A stretch of 64,000 nucleotides of DNA from Chlamydiota bacterium (GTDB lineage Bacteria; Chlamydiota; Chlamydiia; Chlamydiales; RGXB01): positions 18,273 to 82,272 of the forward strand of contig CANLTW010000004.1 in assembly GCA_947494155.1 (NCBI GenBank), in the 5' to 3' direction. This document shows positions 1 through 12,495 of this stretch, piece by piece. Made by a program: the position numbers and the translations under genes. Each line of letters begins with the position of its first letter. Position 1 is the stretch's first letter. The notes under the pieces were generated by a model, which was not told where the DNA came from, searched no databases, and worked only from the letters and a program-made list of their open reading frames with translations.

Positions 1-1152
1 CCTCACGTAAATATCGGTACCATCGGACACGTTGACCATGGTAAAACAACTTTGACAGCTGCTATTACAAAAAACCAAGCAGACAAGAAGCTTGCGCAAT
101 TTAAAGCTTACGATCAAATCGATAAAGCTCCTGAGGAAAAAGCGCGTGGTATCACAATCAACGCAACACACGTTGAGTATGAAACTGTAACACGTCACTA
201 CGCTCACGTTGACTGCCCTGGTCACGCTGACTACGTAAAAAACATGATCACAGGTGCGGCTCAAATGGACGGAGCAATCCTCGTTGTTGCTGCAACAGAT
301 GGTCCAATGCCACAAACACGTGAGCACATTCTTTTGGCTCGCCAAGTAGGCGTTCCTTCTATCGTTGTCTTCTTGAATAAAGTTGACATGATGGTAGGTG
401 ATGAAGAGTTGATCGACCTCGTTGAGTACGAGATCACCGAGCTTCTCGAAAAATATGGCTACAAAGACTGTCCTATCATTCGCGGTTCCGGTCTTAGAGC
501 TCTCGAAGGGGATGCTAAATATGTAGCTGCTATCGACCAGTTAATGGAAGCTGTTGATACACACATCAAGACTCCTGCTCGTGAAATCGATAAACCCTTC
601 TGTCTTCCAATCGAAGATGTATTCTCCATCTCCGGTCGCGGTACTGTTGTAACAGGCCGTTGCGAGCGTGGACAAGTACGCGTTGGTGAAGAGATGGAAA
701 TCATTGGATACGGTATCACCAAAAAGACTACCGTAACTGGTGTCGAAATGTTCCAAAAGACTCTTGACTACGCAGAATCCGGCGAGAACGTTGGACTCCT
801 CTTGCGTGGTATTGAGAAGAAAGACGTGCAACGTGGTCAAGTTGTAGCAAAACCTGGTACAATCAAGCCACACACAAAATTCACAGCTCAACTTTACGTT
901 CTTACGAAAGAAGAGGGTGGAAGACATAAGCCTTTCTTCGAAGGGTACAGACCACAAGTTTACATCCGCACAGCTGACATCACTGCTACAGTCCACCTAA
1001 TGGACGGTAAAGAGATGGTTATGCCAGGCGACAACTGCAACCTAACCGTTGAACTCCTTGCAAGCATGCCGCTTGAGAAAGGGATGAGATTCGCTCTCCG
1101 TGAAGGCGGAAGAACGATCGGTGCAGGAACAGTTGTAGATATTCTTGTATAA
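1..1152 (+). CDS. tuf: Elongation factor Tu (5'-truncated by window edge)
   Basis: Frame is open from base 1 ([20 protein letters not shown]), with [21 protein letters not shown] and NKVD motifs. The true start lies upstream of the window. Confidence 0.99.
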   Translation, partial: PHVNIGTIGHVDHGKTTLTAAITKNQADKKLAQFKAYDQIDKAPEEKARGITINATHVEYETVTRHYAHVDCPGHADYVKNMITGAAQMDGAILVVAATDGPMPQTREHILLARQVGVPSIVVFLNKVDMMVGDEELIDLVEYEITELLEKYGYKDCPIIRGSGLRALEGDAKYVAAIDQLMEAVDTHIKTPAREIDKPFCLPIEDVFSISGRGTVVTGRCERGQVRVGEEMEIIGYGITKKTTVTGVEMFQKTLDYAESGENVGLLLRGIEKKDVQRGQVVAKPGTIKPHTKFTAQLYVLTKEEGGRHKPFFEGYRPQVYIRTADITATVHLMDGKEMVMPGDNCNLTVELLASMPLEKGMRFALREGGRTIGAGTVVDILV

Positions 1153-1157
1153 TGCTA

Positions 1158-1188
1158 TTTTGGGGAGGCCGTTGTGGTCTCCCTAAAA
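1158..1188 (+). terminator. Hairpin between tuf and tRNA-Trp (terminator or processing stem)
   Basis: ttttggggaggcc-gttgt-ggtctccctaaaa imperfect inverted repeat. Confidence 0.45.
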
Positions 1189-1194
1189 ATTATT

Positions 1195-1267
1195 GGGTGC
1201 TTAGCTCAGCTGGTAGAGCGTCGGTCTCCAAAACCGCAGGTCGGGGGTTCGATCCCCTCAGCACTCG
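1195..1267 (+). tRNA. tRNA-Trp (CCA); 3' CCA not encoded
   Basis: Acceptor stem GGGTGCT/AGCACTC, D-arm GCTC-AGCTGGTA-GAGC, anticodon loop CT-CCA-AA, T-loop TTCGATC; usual position before secE. Confidence 0.97.
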
Positions 1268-1291
1268 TTTATCTTCAAAAGAAGGTTTAAC

Positions 1292-1534
1292 ATGACATCT
1301 AAAACTGTCCAATTTCCTACAGCAAGTAACGTGAATAAGAGTAGTTCTATGCTCGGTGATTTTAAATCAGAAATGCGTAAACTTTCTTGGCCTGCAAAAG
1401 CCGAGGTTGTACGTGGAACAAAAGCAGTTTTAGCATCACTTTTCGTATTTGGGATAGGGATCTATGTGGTGGATCTTGCGATCCGCGGGGCACTAAACCT
1501 TGTCCAGACGGCTGTGAATGTCTTATTTCGCTAA
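1292..1534 (+). CDS. secE: Preprotein translocase subunit SecE
   Basis: EMRKLSWP motif followed by a single TM helix; located between tRNA-Trp and nusG. Confidence 0.95.
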   Translation: MTSKTVQFPTASNVNKSSSMLGDFKSEMRKLSWPAKAEVVRGTKAVLASLFVFGIGIYVVDLAIRGALNLVQTAVNVLFR

Positions 1535-1546
1535 TTAGGTACGTTC

Positions 1547-2089
1547 ATGCATCATTGGTACGTTGTACAGGTTATTTCTGGTCTGGAGAAAAAAGTAAAG
1601 AAATCCATTGAAGAAGGGCGAGCTCAGGCCGGTATGGAAACTGCTGTCGCTCAAGTGGTTTTGCCAACAGAGAACGTTTCTGAGGTAAAAAAAGGGCAGC
1701 AAAGGGTCGTTGAACGTAAAGTTTGGCCCGGCTACGTAATAATTCAGATGGAAATAAACGACGAGTCTTGGCAATATATTAAAAGCTTTGACGGAGTCAT
1801 AGGATTTTTAGGGGGCGAAAAGCCGGTCCCCCTCTCAGACGCAGAGGTGCATACAATCCTCTCCGAGCTTGAGAATAAGCAAGGTGGTCTTGTGCACCGA
1901 CACGATATTCGTGCAGGCGACAAGGTTAAAATTGTGGATGGGGTTTTTGAAACTTTTACCGGTACTGTTGTCGATTCTGACGCCAATAAAGGTAAACTCA
2001 ATGTCCTCGTCTCTATTTTCGGTCGCGAGACCAAGGTCGAGCTCGAATTCTGGCAGGTCGAAAAGATCTACGGAGAGCAAGACCAATAA
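1547..2089 (+). CDS. nusG: Transcription termination/antitermination factor NusG
   Basis: WYVVQVISGLEKKV N-terminus, PGYV motif, KOW domain ending VSIFGRETKVEL. Confidence 0.98.
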   Translation: MHHWYVVQVISGLEKKVKKSIEEGRAQAGMETAVAQVVLPTENVSEVKKGQQRVVERKVWPGYVIIQMEINDESWQYIKSFDGVIGFLGGEKPVPLSDAEVHTILSELENKQGGLVHRHDIRAGDKVKIVDGVFETFTGTVVDSDANKGKLNVLVSIFGRETKVELEFWQVEKIYGEQDQ

Positions 2090-2169
2090 ACAAGTTTTAT
2101 GCAACGCAAGCTTAAATTTTAAGTTTTCATTGCATAAATCAAACGTCTTAAAGACGACAAAGGAAAAAA

Positions 2170-2595
2170 ATGGCTAAAAAGGTTACTGGGACAATTAAAT
2201 TGCAGCTCCCAGCAGGGAAAGCAAATCCCGCCCCACCTGTTGGTCCCGCGCTCGGTTCAAAGGGTGTCAATATCATGGCATTCTGTAAAGAGTTCAACGC
2301 GGCGACTCAGGCAAAGGCCGGGTCGATCATCCCTGTTGTGATCACAGTTTATGCTGATAAATCGTTTACGTTTATCACAAAAAATCCCCCCGTTTCAAAC
2401 CTGTTGTTGAAAGCTGTCGGTGCTGAAAAAGGATCGAAAACTCCCAACAGTGCGAAAGTGGGTAAAATCAAGCGGAGTGAAGTCCGCAAAATCGCTGAGC
2501 TTAAGCTTTCCGAAATGAACGCAGCTTCCCTTGAAGCGGCCGAACTGGTCGTTGCAGGGACAGCACGCTCCATGGGCATTGATGTAATTGACTAA
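2170..2595 (+). CDS. rplK: 50S ribosomal protein L11
   Basis: [15 protein letters not shown] and GTARSMG motifs. Confidence 0.99.
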   Translation: MAKKVTGTIKLQLPAGKANPAPPVGPALGSKGVNIMAFCKEFNAATQAKAGSIIPVVITVYADKSFTFITKNPPVSNLLLKAVGAEKGSKTPNSAKVGKIKRSEVRKIAELKLSEMNAASLEAAELVVAGTARSMGIDVID

Positions 2596-2608
2596 TGGAG
2601 GAGTGACT

Positions 2609-3298
2609 GTGGCAAAATTAAGCAAAAGAATGCGAGAGATCAAAAAATTTCTCGAAAATCGCTCCTTGACTGTTCAAGAGGCGGTTGACCATATTAAAAA
2701 AGAACCGAAAGTAAAGTTCGACGCTAGCGTGGATCTCAATATTTCCTTGAATGTTGATACCAAAAAAGCTGACCAGCAAGTTCGAACAAGCGTTGTTCTT
2801 CCACATGGTACCGGTAAAGCGGTGCGCGTTGTTGTTGTGACAAAAGACTTGGAGAAAGCGGCTCAAGCTAAGGCTAACGGTGCTATCGAAGCGGGCTCTC
2901 TAGAGCTTCTCGATCGCATGCAAGGCGGATGGGTAGATTACGATCTTGTTATCGCATCTCCCGATGTTATGCGCGATTTTGCTAAGGTTGCAAAGGTTCT
3001 CGGTCCACGAGGGCTCATGCCAAACCCAAAATCGGGAACTGTAACCCAAGACGTGGTTGCAGCGACGGTTGAGGCTTGCAAAGGTAAAGTCGAGTTGAAG
3101 CCCGACAAAATGGGACAAGTGCATTTAAGAATCGGACGCTTATCGTTTGAGAAGGACAAGCTTGTAGAGAACGCAGAGGCGATTATCGCTGAGCTGATCA
3201 AAGCCAAGCCAAGAGCTCTCAAAGGTGCATTTATTAAAAGTGTATACATGGCCTCTACCATGGGTGGAAGTCATCAATTAGCAGTTTCGGCGGAGTAA
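2609..3298 (+). CDS. rplA: 50S ribosomal protein L1
   Basis: LPHGTGK and LGPRGLMPNPKSGTV motifs. GTG start at 2609 chosen because GGAGGA precedes it. Confidence 0.97.
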   Translation: MAKLSKRMREIKKFLENRSLTVQEAVDHIKKEPKVKFDASVDLNISLNVDTKKADQQVRTSVVLPHGTGKAVRVVVVTKDLEKAAQAKANGAIEAGSLELLDRMQGGWVDYDLVIASPDVMRDFAKVAKVLGPRGLMPNPKSGTVTQDVVAATVEACKGKVELKPDKMGQVHLRIGRLSFEKDKLVENAEAIIAELIKAKPRALKGAFIKSVYMASTMGGSHQLAVSAE

Positions 3299-3303
3299 GA
3301 ACC

Positions 3304-3822
3304 ATGAGGAAAGAGAAAGAGTATCTTCTAGAAGAGATCGCAGGTTCGATTCCTCAAGGATCTAATCTTGTTCTTGTCAATTACGGCAAAATGGAGCCCA
3401 ATAAGACTCACGATTTCCGTCGTAGGATTTCTAAAGTCGGTGGACGCTACCTAGTCGTAAAAAAACGTATTTTCCGCAAAGCTGCGGAAACAAAAGGGAT
3501 GAAAATAGACATTTCCCACCTTAAAGGAAATGTCGGTTTTGTTGTTGCTAATGATAATTTTCTTGAGGCGACCAAAGAACTTTATAGTTTCAGAACTGAT
3601 AATAAGGATCTGATCGAAGTTCTTGGTGGCCATTTTGAAGGGAGCTTCTGCTCACCAGCTCAAGTGGAATTAATATCTAAGCTACCAAGCCTACCAGAAA
3701 TGCGCGCACAATTCCTCGGAACGCTCGAGGCGCCGCTTTCACACACATTAGGTGCTATTGAGGCTGTATTGACCTCAGTCATCTACTGCTTGGACAACAA
3801 AGCTAAAGATCAACAATCATGA
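3304..3822 (+). CDS. rplJ: 50S ribosomal protein L10
   Basis: Between rplA and rplL; VVKKRIF and SKLPSLPEMRAQFLG are L10-like. Confidence 0.95.
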   Translation: MRKEKEYLLEEIAGSIPQGSNLVLVNYGKMEPNKTHDFRRRISKVGGRYLVVKKRIFRKAAETKGMKIDISHLKGNVGFVVANDNFLEATKELYSFRTDNKDLIEVLGGHFEGSFCSPAQVELISKLPSLPEMRAQFLGTLEAPLSHTLGAIEAVLTSVIYCLDNKAKDQQS

Positions 3823-3837
3823 TTTTGGAGAAGTAAC

Positions 3838-4236
3838 GTGAGTAAACATACTTTAGATCAACTCGTAGACGAGCTAAGCGCTCTTACTGTTCTTGAAATG
3901 GCTGAACTCAAAACCAAACTTGAAGATAAGTGGGGAGTCAAAGCATCAGCAGGTGTTGCTATGATGGCAGGACCAGCAGCAGGCGGAGCAGCAGCTCCAG
4001 CAGCTGAAGCTGAAGCACAAGAGTTCATCGTAACACTTGAGCCAGTTGATGCTGACAAGAAAGTAGCCGCGATTAAAGTTGTGCGTGAAATCACAGGTCT
4101 TGGCCTTAAAGAGGCTAAAGAGCTTGTAGAAGCAGCGCCAAAAGCGGTGAAAGAGCAGCTCAACAAGGCTGATGCACAAGCCCTCGCTAAAAAGTTTGAG
4201 GACGTGCAAATTAAAGTTACAGTTAAAGCAATGTAG
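3838..4236 (+). CDS. rplL: 50S ribosomal protein L7/L12
   Basis: LTVLEMAEL...WGV, Ala-rich hinge, [19 protein letters not shown] start after a GGAG SD. Confidence 0.99.
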   Translation: MSKHTLDQLVDELSALTVLEMAELKTKLEDKWGVKASAGVAMMAGPAAGGAAAPAAEAEAQEFIVTLEPVDADKKVAAIKVVREITGLGLKEAKELVEAAPKAVKEQLNKADAQALAKKFEDVQIKVTVKAM

Positions 4237-4260
4237 TTTTTGTTTTAGTTAGTAGTTATA

Positions 4261-4300
4261 GGCAAAGCAAAAGAACACTGTTTTTTTGCTTTGCCTTATT
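4261..4300 (+). terminator. Hairpin (attenuator/terminator) between rplL and rpoB
   Basis: ggcaaagcaaaagaac-act-gtttttttgctttgcc long inverted repeat. Confidence 0.55.
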
Positions 4301-4338
4301 CAATTTTCTTTGGGAATCACTCAGATTCGGGGTTTTAA

Positions 4339-7300
4339 ATGGCTATTAGACCACCTCAGAGGGTCAGTTTACAGAAACGGCAAGAGATTATCGATTTGCC
4401 GAATTTGATTGAAGTACAAATCAAATCCTACCAACAGTTCCTACAAAACGATCGTCTTGCAGACGAGAGAGATAGTATAGGGCTCGAAGAGGTTTTCAGA
4501 GAGGTATTTCCGATCAAATCGTACGACGAAAAGATCATCCTCGAATACCTATCGTACAACTTAGGGGTACCTAAATACACACCGGAAGAGTGTATTAAAA
4601 GAGGTATTACATACAATTCCGCATTAAAAGCTAAATTCAGACTTACCGATGAGACCGGTATCAAGGAGGAGGAGGTCTATTTAGGGACTTTGCCTCTCAT
4701 GACGCAAAGGGGAACCTTTGTAGTCAATGGTGCCGAGCGCGTCATCGTCTCCCAATTGCATCGTTCGCCGGGCATTTGCTTTGAGCAGGACAAGCATCCA
4801 AAAGGGAACATTCTTTACTCTTTCCGTATTATTCCTTATAGAGGAAGCTGGTTAGAGGCTTCTTTTGACATCAACGACCACGTTTATATCTACGCTGATA
4901 AAAAGAAAAGACGTCGCAAAATTTTGGCGACTTCATTCATCCGTACACTCGGTTTCTCTACAAACGCAGACATTATTGAAGAGTTCTTCGAGACAAGAAA
5001 AGTCAAAATCCGCTCAGAAAAAGAGTTTGCCAAAATTGTAGGAAAAATCTTGGCAGAGGACGTAGTGGACGAAGCTACGAATACTGTTTTCGGAAAAGCA
5101 TCTGAAAAGCTTACAACCGCAATGTTGAAGCGTATCTTTGATGCTAATATCACTACTCTCAAAATTGCAGAGGATGCAGACGAAACGTCACCTATTATCA
5201 AAATGTTAGCAAAAGATCCTACGGACTCTTACGAATCCGCTCTAAAGGATTTTTATCGCAAGTTGAGACCAGGCGAACCGGCTACCCTCTCCAATGCTCG
5301 CTCAGTGATGATGCGTCTTTTCTTCGATCCGAAAAGATACAATCTCGGTCGTGTTGGTCGCTACAAGATGAACAAAAAGCTCTCAGTTGAGACTAACGAC
5401 GAAGCCCTTAATGTTGTCACTTTGAAAAAAGAGGACATCATTTTGGCGTTGAAGTATCTTATCCGCTTAAAGAACGGAGATCCACAAGCGCAAATCGACG
5501 ATATCGATCACCTTGCTAATCGCCGCGTGCGCTCAGTAGGGGAGTTGGTGCAGAACCAGTGCCGTATCGGTTTTGTTCGTATGGAAAAGATCATTCGTGA
5601 GAGAATGAACCTTTTTGATTTCTCATCAGACACCCTAACTCCAGGCAAAGCGATTTCTGCCAGAGGTCTCCAAGGGGCAATCAAGGATTTCTTTGGTCGC
5701 TCGCAACTTTCCCAGTTCATGGATCAGACCAACCCGATCGCTGAATTGACACATAAACGTCGTCTTTCCAGTTTAGGTCCTGGTGGATTGAACAGAGATC
5801 GTGCTGGATTCGAGGTTCGCGACGTCCACCCGAGCCATTATGGTCGTGTTTGTCCGATTGAGACTCCAGAGGGACCGAACATCGGTTTGATCACTTCGTT
5901 GTCTTCGTTTGCGAAAATCAACGAATTTGGTTTTGTTGAGACACCCTATCGGATAGTGCGAGAGGGGATTGTTACCGATGAGATCGAGTACATGACTGCA
6001 GACATGGAAGAAAAATGTGTGATTGCTCAGGCTTCAGCCCATCTCGATGAACACAACATGTTTACTGAGGATTTTTGCTGGGCGCGCTTTAAAGGGGAGT
6101 CTTTGAAGATCGAATCCTCTAAAGTAACGCACATGGACGTTTCACCACGTCAGCTTGTTTCAGTTGTTACAGGTTTAATCCCTTTCCTAGAGCATGACGA
6201 CGCTAACCGTGCCTTGATGGGATCTAACATGCAACGCCAAGCCGTACCCCTATTGATTACTGATGCTCCAGTTGTTGGAACAGGGATCGAGAAACGCGCT
6301 GCAACAGATTCCTGCGCTGTGATTATTGCGCAAGAAGCTGGAGAGGTGGAGTACGTAGACGGTTACAAAATTGTGATCGCTCCGGAGAGAAGCCCGTTAA
6401 GCAAGAAGGTCTACCCACTTGTCAAATTCATGCGTTCCAACTCAGGCACTTGTATTAACCAAACTCCTCTCGTTTCGGTAGGAGACAAGGTAGTAGCAGG
6501 TGACGTTTTAGCAGATGGTCCGGCAACCGACAAAGGAGAAGTAGCTCTTGGTAAAAACGTGCTAGTTGCCTTCATGCCTTGGTGCGGATACAACTACGAA
6601 GATGCGATCATTATCTCAGAGGAGTTGATTCGTAAGGATTACTACACCTCTATTTACCTCGAAGAGTTCGAGCTTACAGCCCGTGATACGAAGCTAGGTA
6701 AAGAAGAGATCACTCGCGATATTCCGAATGTCTCGGAAGAGGCTTTGGCGAATCTTGGCGATGACGGTATTATCCGTATTGGAGCCGAGGTGAAACCCGG
6801 GGATATCCTTGTAGGAAAAATCACTCCAAAATCGGAAACTGAACTTTCCCCAGAAGAGCGTCTTTTAAGAGCGATTTTCGGCGAAAAGGCGGCGGATGTG
6901 AAGGATGCATCACTGACAGTTCCTGTCGGGACTGAGGGTGTTGTAATGGATGTGCGCGTTTTTTCACGTGTAGATCGTCTATCCAAAACGGACGATGAGC
7001 GTGTTGAAGAGCGTAGTCAAATTCAAGATATACACAAGTCCTACAAAGAAAAAGAGATCGAAATCACAGTCGAAATGCACGAAAAGCTGGGAGCGCTTCT
7101 TATCGATGAGAAAGCACCTGAGCCCATCATGCACAAAAAGACAGGCGAAGTGATCATCCGATCTGGCCAGGTATTTACTCAAGATCTTCTAGAGTCTATC
7201 GAGTCAGTCCCACTAGCTGATCTTATCGTCCCCTATTCCGATCTCTATGAGACTATGAAATCGATTCTTAGAGAATTCCATGGAAAAATGGAAGAACTTG

Positions 7301-8115
7301 ATTCGAAGTACAAATCGGAAGTGGAGCATCTCAAAAAAGGGGATACCGAGCTTGAGGCAGGGGTAATCCGTCAGGTTAAAGTCTATATTGCGACAAAGCG
7401 CAAGCTGCAAGTCGGAGATAAGATGGCTGGACGTCACGGTAACAAAGGGGTGGTCTCCAAGATCGTTCCAGAGTGTGATATGCCATACCTTGAGGATGGA
7501 ACTCCAATCCAAATTATTTTGAACCCACTCGGGGTACCATCCCGTATGAACTTGGGGCAGATGTTGGAGACTCACTTGGGATTCGTAGCCAAGAAGAAGG
7601 GGATTTACGTAAAGAGCCCTGTCTTCGAAGGTTTCCCGGAAAAAGAGATTTGGAAAATGTTCGAGGATCTCGACATGGAACCCGATGGTAAGTCCTATCT
7701 TTATGATGGACGCACAGGGGAGCGCTTCGACAACAAGGCTGTAGTCGGATACATTTATATGTTGAAACTCTCACACCTTGTTGCGGATAAGATCCACGCT
7801 CGTGCGATCGGACCCTATTCTCTCGTTACGCAACAGCCTCTTGGAGGTAAAGCGCAACGGGGAGGTCAGCGTTTCGGTGAGATGGAGGTATGGGCGCTTG
7901 AAGCATACGGCGCTGCCAACCTTCTCCAAGAGATGCTCACGGTGAAGTCGGATGACGTTGACGGAAGAACACGCATCTACGCTTCGATCGTTAAAGGAGA
8001 TAATATTCTTCAGGCCGGTACACCTGAATCTTTCAACGTTCTTGTAAAAGAGATGCAAGGATTGGGATTGGATATACGCGGATTTGTTGAAACGCCAGTA
8101 GAGGCTCTAGCTTAA
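4339..8115 (+). CDS. rpoB: RNA polymerase beta subunit
   Basis: [23 protein letters not shown] and GGQRFGEME motifs. Confidence 0.99.
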   Translation: MAIRPPQRVSLQKRQEIIDLPNLIEVQIKSYQQFLQNDRLADERDSIGLEEVFREVFPIKSYDEKIILEYLSYNLGVPKYTPEECIKRGITYNSALKAKFRLTDETGIKEEEVYLGTLPLMTQRGTFVVNGAERVIVSQLHRSPGICFEQDKHPKGNILYSFRIIPYRGSWLEASFDINDHVYIYADKKKRRRKILATSFIRTLGFSTNADIIEEFFETRKVKIRSEKEFAKIVGKILAEDVVDEATNTVFGKASEKLTTAMLKRIFDANITTLKIAEDADETSPIIKMLAKDPTDSYESALKDFYRKLRPGEPATLSNARSVMMRLFFDPKRYNLGRVGRYKMNKKLSVETNDEALNVVTLKKEDIILALKYLIRLKNGDPQAQIDDIDHLANRRVRSVGELVQNQCRIGFVRMEKIIRERMNLFDFSSDTLTPGKAISARGLQGAIKDFFGRSQLSQFMDQTNPIAELTHKRRLSSLGPGGLNRDRAGFEVRDVHPSHYGRVCPIETPEGPNIGLITSLSSFAKINEFGFVETPYRIVREGIVTDEIEYMTADMEEKCVIAQASAHLDEHNMFTEDFCWARFKGESLKIESSKVTHMDVSPRQLVSVVTGLIPFLEHDDANRALMGSNMQRQAVPLLITDAPVVGTGIEKRAATDSCAVIIAQEAGEVEYVDGYKIVIAPERSPLSKKVYPLVKFMRSNSGTCINQTPLVSVGDKVVAGDVLADGPATDKGEVALGKNVLVAFMPWCGYNYEDAIIISEELIRKDYYTSIYLEEFELTARDTKLGKEEITRDIPNVSEEALANLGDDGIIRIGAEVKPGDILVGKITPKSETELSPEERLLRAIFGEKAADVKDASLTVPVGTEGVVMDVRVFSRVDRLSKTDDERVEERSQIQDIHKSYKEKEIEITVEMHEKLGALLIDEKAPEPIMHKKTGEVIIRSGQVFTQDLLESIESVPLADLIVPYSDLYETMKSILREFHGKMEELDSKYKSEVEHLKKGDTELEAGVIRQVKVYIATKRKLQVGDKMAGRHGNKGVVSKIVPECDMPYLEDGTPIQIILNPLGVPSRMNLGQMLETHLGFVAKKKGIYVKSPVFEGFPEKEIWKMFEDLDMEPDGKSYLYDGRTGERFDNKAVVGYIYMLKLSHLVADKIHARAIGPYSLVTQQPLGGKAQRGGQRFGEMEVWALEAYGAANLLQEMLTVKSDDVDGRTRIYASIVKGDNILQAGTPESFNVLVKEMQGLGLDIRGFVETPVEALA

Positions 8116-8124
8116 AGGTAGAAA

Positions 8125-11100
8125 ATGCATCAAAAAGAAGAACAACTACACGAACAGCACTTTGATCACCTCTCCATTCGTATCGCCTCTGATGAGGTGA
8201 TACGTGGTAGCTGGTCACGTGGTGAGATTAAGAAATCTGAAACGATCAACTACCGTACAAGCAAGCCTGAGAAAGGGGGTCTTTTCTGTGAAAAGATCTT
8301 CGGACCTACGAGGGATTGGGAGTGTGCCTGCGGTAAGTACAAAAAAATCAAGCATAAAGGGATTGTTTGCGATCGTTGCGGCGTTGAGGTTACCCTATCT
8401 AAGGTACGTCGTGAGCGGATGGCACATATTGACCTTGCTGTGCCTGTTGTGCACATCTGGTTTTTTAAGAGCCAACCATCACGCATCGGCAATCTCCTTG
8501 GGATGTCCTCCGGGGATCTTGAGCGTATCATCTATTATGAGGAGTATGTTGTTGTAGATCCAGGTCGCACAACTCTTGAGAAAAAGCAACTTCTCACCGA
8601 CATTGAGTATAGAGAAGCGCAAGAAAAGTGGGGAGCTGAGTCTTTTAAAGCGATGATGGGTGGCGATGCTATCCGTCAACTCTTGAACACAGAGGATTTG
8701 CAAGCGACTGTTGTGGAGCTCAAAGAGAAGCTTAAAAAGACCAAATCAACGCAAGCGCGTATGAAGATTGCGAAGCGACTCAAAATTGTTGAGGGATTCA
8801 CCAACTCTGACAATAAATCGGAGTGGATGGTCATGGCGGCAGTTCCGGTGATTCCACCAGATCTACGCCCTTTAGTTCCGCTTGATGGGGGCAGATTCGC
8901 CACTTCAGACCTCAACGACCTTTACCGTCGCGTCATCAACAGAAACAACCGTTTGAAGTCCATCTTAAAACTCAAGACTCCTGACGTGATTATCCGTAAC
9001 GAAAAGCGTATGTTGCAAGAGGCAGTAGACGCCCTTTTCGATAACGGTCGTCATGGCCACCCCGTTATGGGAGCCGGGAATCGCCCATTGAAATCCCTAA
9101 GCGAAATGCTTAAAGGGAAACAGGGGCGTTTCCGTCAAAACCTTTTGGGTAAACGTGTCGACTACTCAGGCCGTTCGGTAATTGTGGTGGGTCCTGAGCT
9201 TAAGCTCAACCAGTGCGGTTTGCCAAAACAGATGGCTTTGGAACTCTTTGAGCCTTTTATCGTGAAAAAACTCAAAGATGACGGACATGTCTACACTATC
9301 CGATCTGCTAAAAAAATGATCCATAGAGAAGAGCCTGTAGTATGGGACGCTTTGGAAGAGGTGATCAAAGGTCACCCTGTTCTTCTGAACCGTGCTCCTA
9401 CATTGCACCGTCTCGGGGTTCAGGCATTTGAGCCGGTTTTGATCGAAGGTAAGGCCTTGCGCATCCATCCTCTCGTTTGTACCGCTTTCAACGCCGACTT
9501 CGACGGAGACCAGATGGCTGTCCACGTACCGTTGTCTATCGAAGCTCAGATTGAAGCGAAAGTTTTGATGATGGCTCCTGACAACATCTTCTTGCCCTCA
9601 AGTGGTAAGCCGGTCGCGATCCCTTCACAGGACATGATCCTAGGTCTTTACTATATGATGCACGATCCTGTGATCAAGCGTGAGGAAATGGGGGGGAAAA
9701 CAAAGGTATTTGCCAACACTGACGAGGTGCTGTTAGCCCTCAACAGCGCAGGCAGCTACTCGATGTTTGAAGAGCGCCAGGAGGGTCAGCGTATTGATGA
9801 TCTTGGACGAGGAATTCATATCCACGAGTCTATCAAGGTAAAACTTGAGGATGGTTTTGTTGAAACGACACCCGGAAGAGTGCTTTTCAATACTATTGTA
9901 CCTAAAGAGCTCGGTTTCCAAAACTACTCTTTACGTAAGAAAAAGCTCGGCGAACTGGTAAATCAGGTCTACAAAACTGTGGGTCTTGAAAGGACTGTCC
10001 GTTTTCTAGATGATTTGAAAAACCTCGGGTTTAGCCAGGCAACTAAATCTTCTATCTCTATGGGTGTTGTAGATGTGCACATTCCGCAGATCAAAGAGAA
10101 GCTTCTTAAAGAGGCAGAGAAGAAGGTTGCTGTAGTGATCAAGCAGTACGAGGATGGAGTCATCACAGAAGGGGAGCGAAAGTCCAAAATCATCAGTATC
10201 TGGACGGACGTAACCGAGGAGATTTCCGAAGAGCTCTTCAAGCGTATCACTACGCCAAAAGGCTCTAAGTTGAATCCTCTTTATATGATGATGGATTCCG
10301 GAGCTCGTGGTAACAAGTCTCAGGTGCGACAGCTTGGTTCTCTTAGAGGTTTGATGGCGAAACCATCAGGCGAGATCATCGAATCTCCGATCACCTCTAA
10401 CTTCCGTGAAGGGTTGAGCGTTTTGGAATACTTCATTTCTGCTCACGGTGCCCGCAAAGGTCTTGCCGATACGGCATTGAAAACTGCCGACTCCGGTTAC
10501 CTAACACGCCGTCTTGTAGACGTAGCGCAGGATGTCCTTGTAAATGAGGAGGACTGTGGCACGTTGAACGGGATTGAGGTTGCTGCGATTAAGCAGGGGA
10601 CAGAGGATCTGTTGCCACTCAGAGACCGCCTGTATGGTCGCTGCGTGACAGACGATGTCTTCATGCCTGGAGACAGCAAGGTGATTCTCGCAAAAGCCGG
10701 GGACATCCTCTCTATCCATCAAGCAGAAGCGATCGAGAATGCCGGTATTGAGAGCCTTAAGGTGCGCTCAACGCTCACTTGTGAATCCAAGCGTGGTATC
10801 TGTGCGAAGTGCTATGGTATCAATCTTGCCAACGGGCGTAAGGTAAACCATGGTGAGGCTGTAGGTATTATCGCCGCGCAATCGATCGGTGAACCCGGTA
10901 CTCAGTTGACGATGCGTACGTTCCACTTAGGAGGTATTGCGTCCGCTAGCCAGAATCCCGAGTTGATTACCGATAAAGAGGGTATCTTGGTCTACCACGA
11001 TATCCGATCAGTACGTGACGAAGAGGATGCTGAGCTTGTATTGAACAAGCATGGGCGTGCTTACATCGTGCGTGATGAGGGGAGACCTCTTGAGGAATTG

Positions 11101-12318
11101 AAGAAGCTCCTTGCGACTAAGTCGATTGAGCCTCTCTCTACCTACCCTATCGAGCTTGGTACACAGCTTTTAGTTCGTGACGGAAGTGCCGTGAAAGCGG
11201 GATTGAAGTTTGCGCTCTGTGAGCAGCATAACATTCCGATTATCTGTGAAAAAGAGGGATTTGTCCGTTTTGATGACCTCGTTGAGGGGATCTCGACGCA
11301 AAAAACTGTCAATAAAGAGACGGGGCAAACCGAGATCTATGTGAAGCAGCACCGTGGAGAATTGCACCCGCAAATTTCCATCTACTCGGATGCTACCTTC
11401 AAAGATCTGATCGGTAGCTATGCTATACCTTCAGGTGCGTATCTTTCTGTTGAGGAGGCGGCTTTTGTGAAAGCAGGTCAAAAACTTGCGCGTCTTCCAA
11501 AGGGTGCCGTTACAACTAAAGACATCACCGGTGGTCTGTTCCGTGTTGCAAAGCTTTTTGAGGCTAGCAAACCTGCAGATGCCGCTGAAATTGCAAAGAT
11601 TGACGGTATTGTTCAGCTGAAAGGCGTACAAAAGAACAAACGTATTGTCGTCGTTGTCGATGAAGTTACCGGAGCCGAAGAAGAGCATCACATTCCGTTG
11701 ACCAAACACCTGATCGTCCAAAAAGGGGATCGTGTAGAAAAAGGGCAACAGATCACTGAGGGTGCAGTTCGTCTACAAGAGATTCTTGAGGTTTGCGGTG
11801 TCCGTGAGCTGCAGAAGTTCCTTGTAAACCAGGTACAAGAGGTATATCGTCTTCAAGGGGTAGACATCAACGATAAACACATTGAGATTATCGTACGTCA
11901 AATGCTCCAAAAAATACGCATTACCGATCCGGGTGATACGACATTCTTATACGGTGAGGATATTGATAAACGCACATTCCATGCGCAAAACAAGCAAGTG
12001 ATTGCCGAAGGTGGAAAACCTGCAGAAGCAGCTCCAGTCCTTTTAGGTATTACAAAAGCTTCTTTGGGCACGGAGTCCTTCTTCTCTGCAGCATCGTTCC
12101 AGGAGACTACAAAAGTCCTTACCGATGCCGCTTGCGAAGGAAAGAGCGATTATCTCCTCGACTTCAAGTCTAACATTATCGTAGGGCAACAGGTTCCTTC
12201 CGGAACAGGTCACCAGATTTATATTGATCGACTGAAAAAGAATTTGGGCGGAGACGATATCGAGACCCTCGATTTCGACTTTGATCGGGTTCCCGAGTTA
12301 GTTGCAACAGCCGGCTAA
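8125..12318 (+). CDS. rpoC: RNA polymerase beta' subunit
   Basis: [12 protein letters not shown] catalytic motif, N-terminal Zn finger, QLTMRTFH trigger helix. Confidence 0.99.
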   Translation: MHQKEEQLHEQHFDHLSIRIASDEVIRGSWSRGEIKKSETINYRTSKPEKGGLFCEKIFGPTRDWECACGKYKKIKHKGIVCDRCGVEVTLSKVRRERMAHIDLAVPVVHIWFFKSQPSRIGNLLGMSSGDLERIIYYEEYVVVDPGRTTLEKKQLLTDIEYREAQEKWGAESFKAMMGGDAIRQLLNTEDLQATVVELKEKLKKTKSTQARMKIAKRLKIVEGFTNSDNKSEWMVMAAVPVIPPDLRPLVPLDGGRFATSDLNDLYRRVINRNNRLKSILKLKTPDVIIRNEKRMLQEAVDALFDNGRHGHPVMGAGNRPLKSLSEMLKGKQGRFRQNLLGKRVDYSGRSVIVVGPELKLNQCGLPKQMALELFEPFIVKKLKDDGHVYTIRSAKKMIHREEPVVWDALEEVIKGHPVLLNRAPTLHRLGVQAFEPVLIEGKALRIHPLVCTAFNADFDGDQMAVHVPLSIEAQIEAKVLMMAPDNIFLPSSGKPVAIPSQDMILGLYYMMHDPVIKREEMGGKTKVFANTDEVLLALNSAGSYSMFEERQEGQRIDDLGRGIHIHESIKVKLEDGFVETTPGRVLFNTIVPKELGFQNYSLRKKKLGELVNQVYKTVGLERTVRFLDDLKNLGFSQATKSSISMGVVDVHIPQIKEKLLKEAEKKVAVVIKQYEDGVITEGERKSKIISIWTDVTEEISEELFKRITTPKGSKLNPLYMMMDSGARGNKSQVRQLGSLRGLMAKPSGEIIESPITSNFREGLSVLEYFISAHGARKGLADTALKTADSGYLTRRLVDVAQDVLVNEEDCGTLNGIEVAAIKQGTEDLLPLRDRLYGRCVTDDVFMPGDSKVILAKAGDILSIHQAEAIENAGIESLKVRSTLTCESKRGICAKCYGINLANGRKVNHGEAVGIIAAQSIGEPGTQLTMRTFHLGGIASASQNPELITDKEGILVYHDIRSVRDEEDAELVLNKHGRAYIVRDEGRPLEELKKLLATKSIEPLSTYPIELGTQLLVRDGSAVKAGLKFALCEQHNIPIICEKEGFVRFDDLVEGISTQKTVNKETGQTEIYVKQHRGELHPQISIYSDATFKDLIGSYAIPSGAYLSVEEAAFVKAGQKLARLPKGAVTTKDITGGLFRVAKLFEASKPADAAEIAKIDGIVQLKGVQKNKRIVVVVDEVTGAEEEHHIPLTKHLIVQKGDRVEKGQQITEGAVRLQEILEVCGVRELQKFLVNQVQEVYRLQGVDINDKHIEIIVRQMLQKIRITDPGDTTFLYGEDIDKRTFHAQNKQVIAEGGKPAEAAPVLLGITKASLGTESFFSAASFQETTKVLTDAACEGKSDYLLDFKSNIIVGQQVPSGTGHQIYIDRLKKNLGGDDIETLDFDFDRVPELVATAG

Positions 12319-12322
12319 AACT

Positions 12323-12350
12323 AAAGGCCTCTCTCTTGAGAGGCCTTTTT
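12323..12350 (+). terminator. Rho-independent terminator after rpoC
   Basis: aaaggcctctc-tctt-gagaggcc followed by a T-tract. Confidence 0.85.
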
Positions 12351-12435
12351 CATTCCAATCGATCTAGGGGTAACCCTAGACGCTTCAGACTAAAAAAAAT
12401 TCTAATAATTTTCCAGGTAAATCCCTCCCGTTTGG

Positions 12436-12464
12436 TTGCCAATAATTTAATATTTTACTATAAT
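12436..12464 (+). promoter_or_regulatory. Sigma66/70-type promoter for the 480-aa gene
   Basis: TTGCCA-17 nt-TATAAT, 31 nt upstream of ATG 12496. Confidence 0.65.
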
Positions 12465-12495
12465 TTCTATGATTTTGACTGAATTTGAGTAAAAT

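Noticed and set aside
5698..5790. Rifampicin-resistance changes in RpoB cluster I
   Set aside because: The key residues (Q, D, H, R, S in SQFMDQ...THKRRLS) are intact, so no resistance call is supported
459..11748. Many 60-150 aa ORFs antisense to or nested within tuf, nusG, ribosomal protein genes and rpoBC
   Set aside because: They are shadow frames of highly conserved genes, with no motifs or independent signals. The same applies to nested ORFs across the window.
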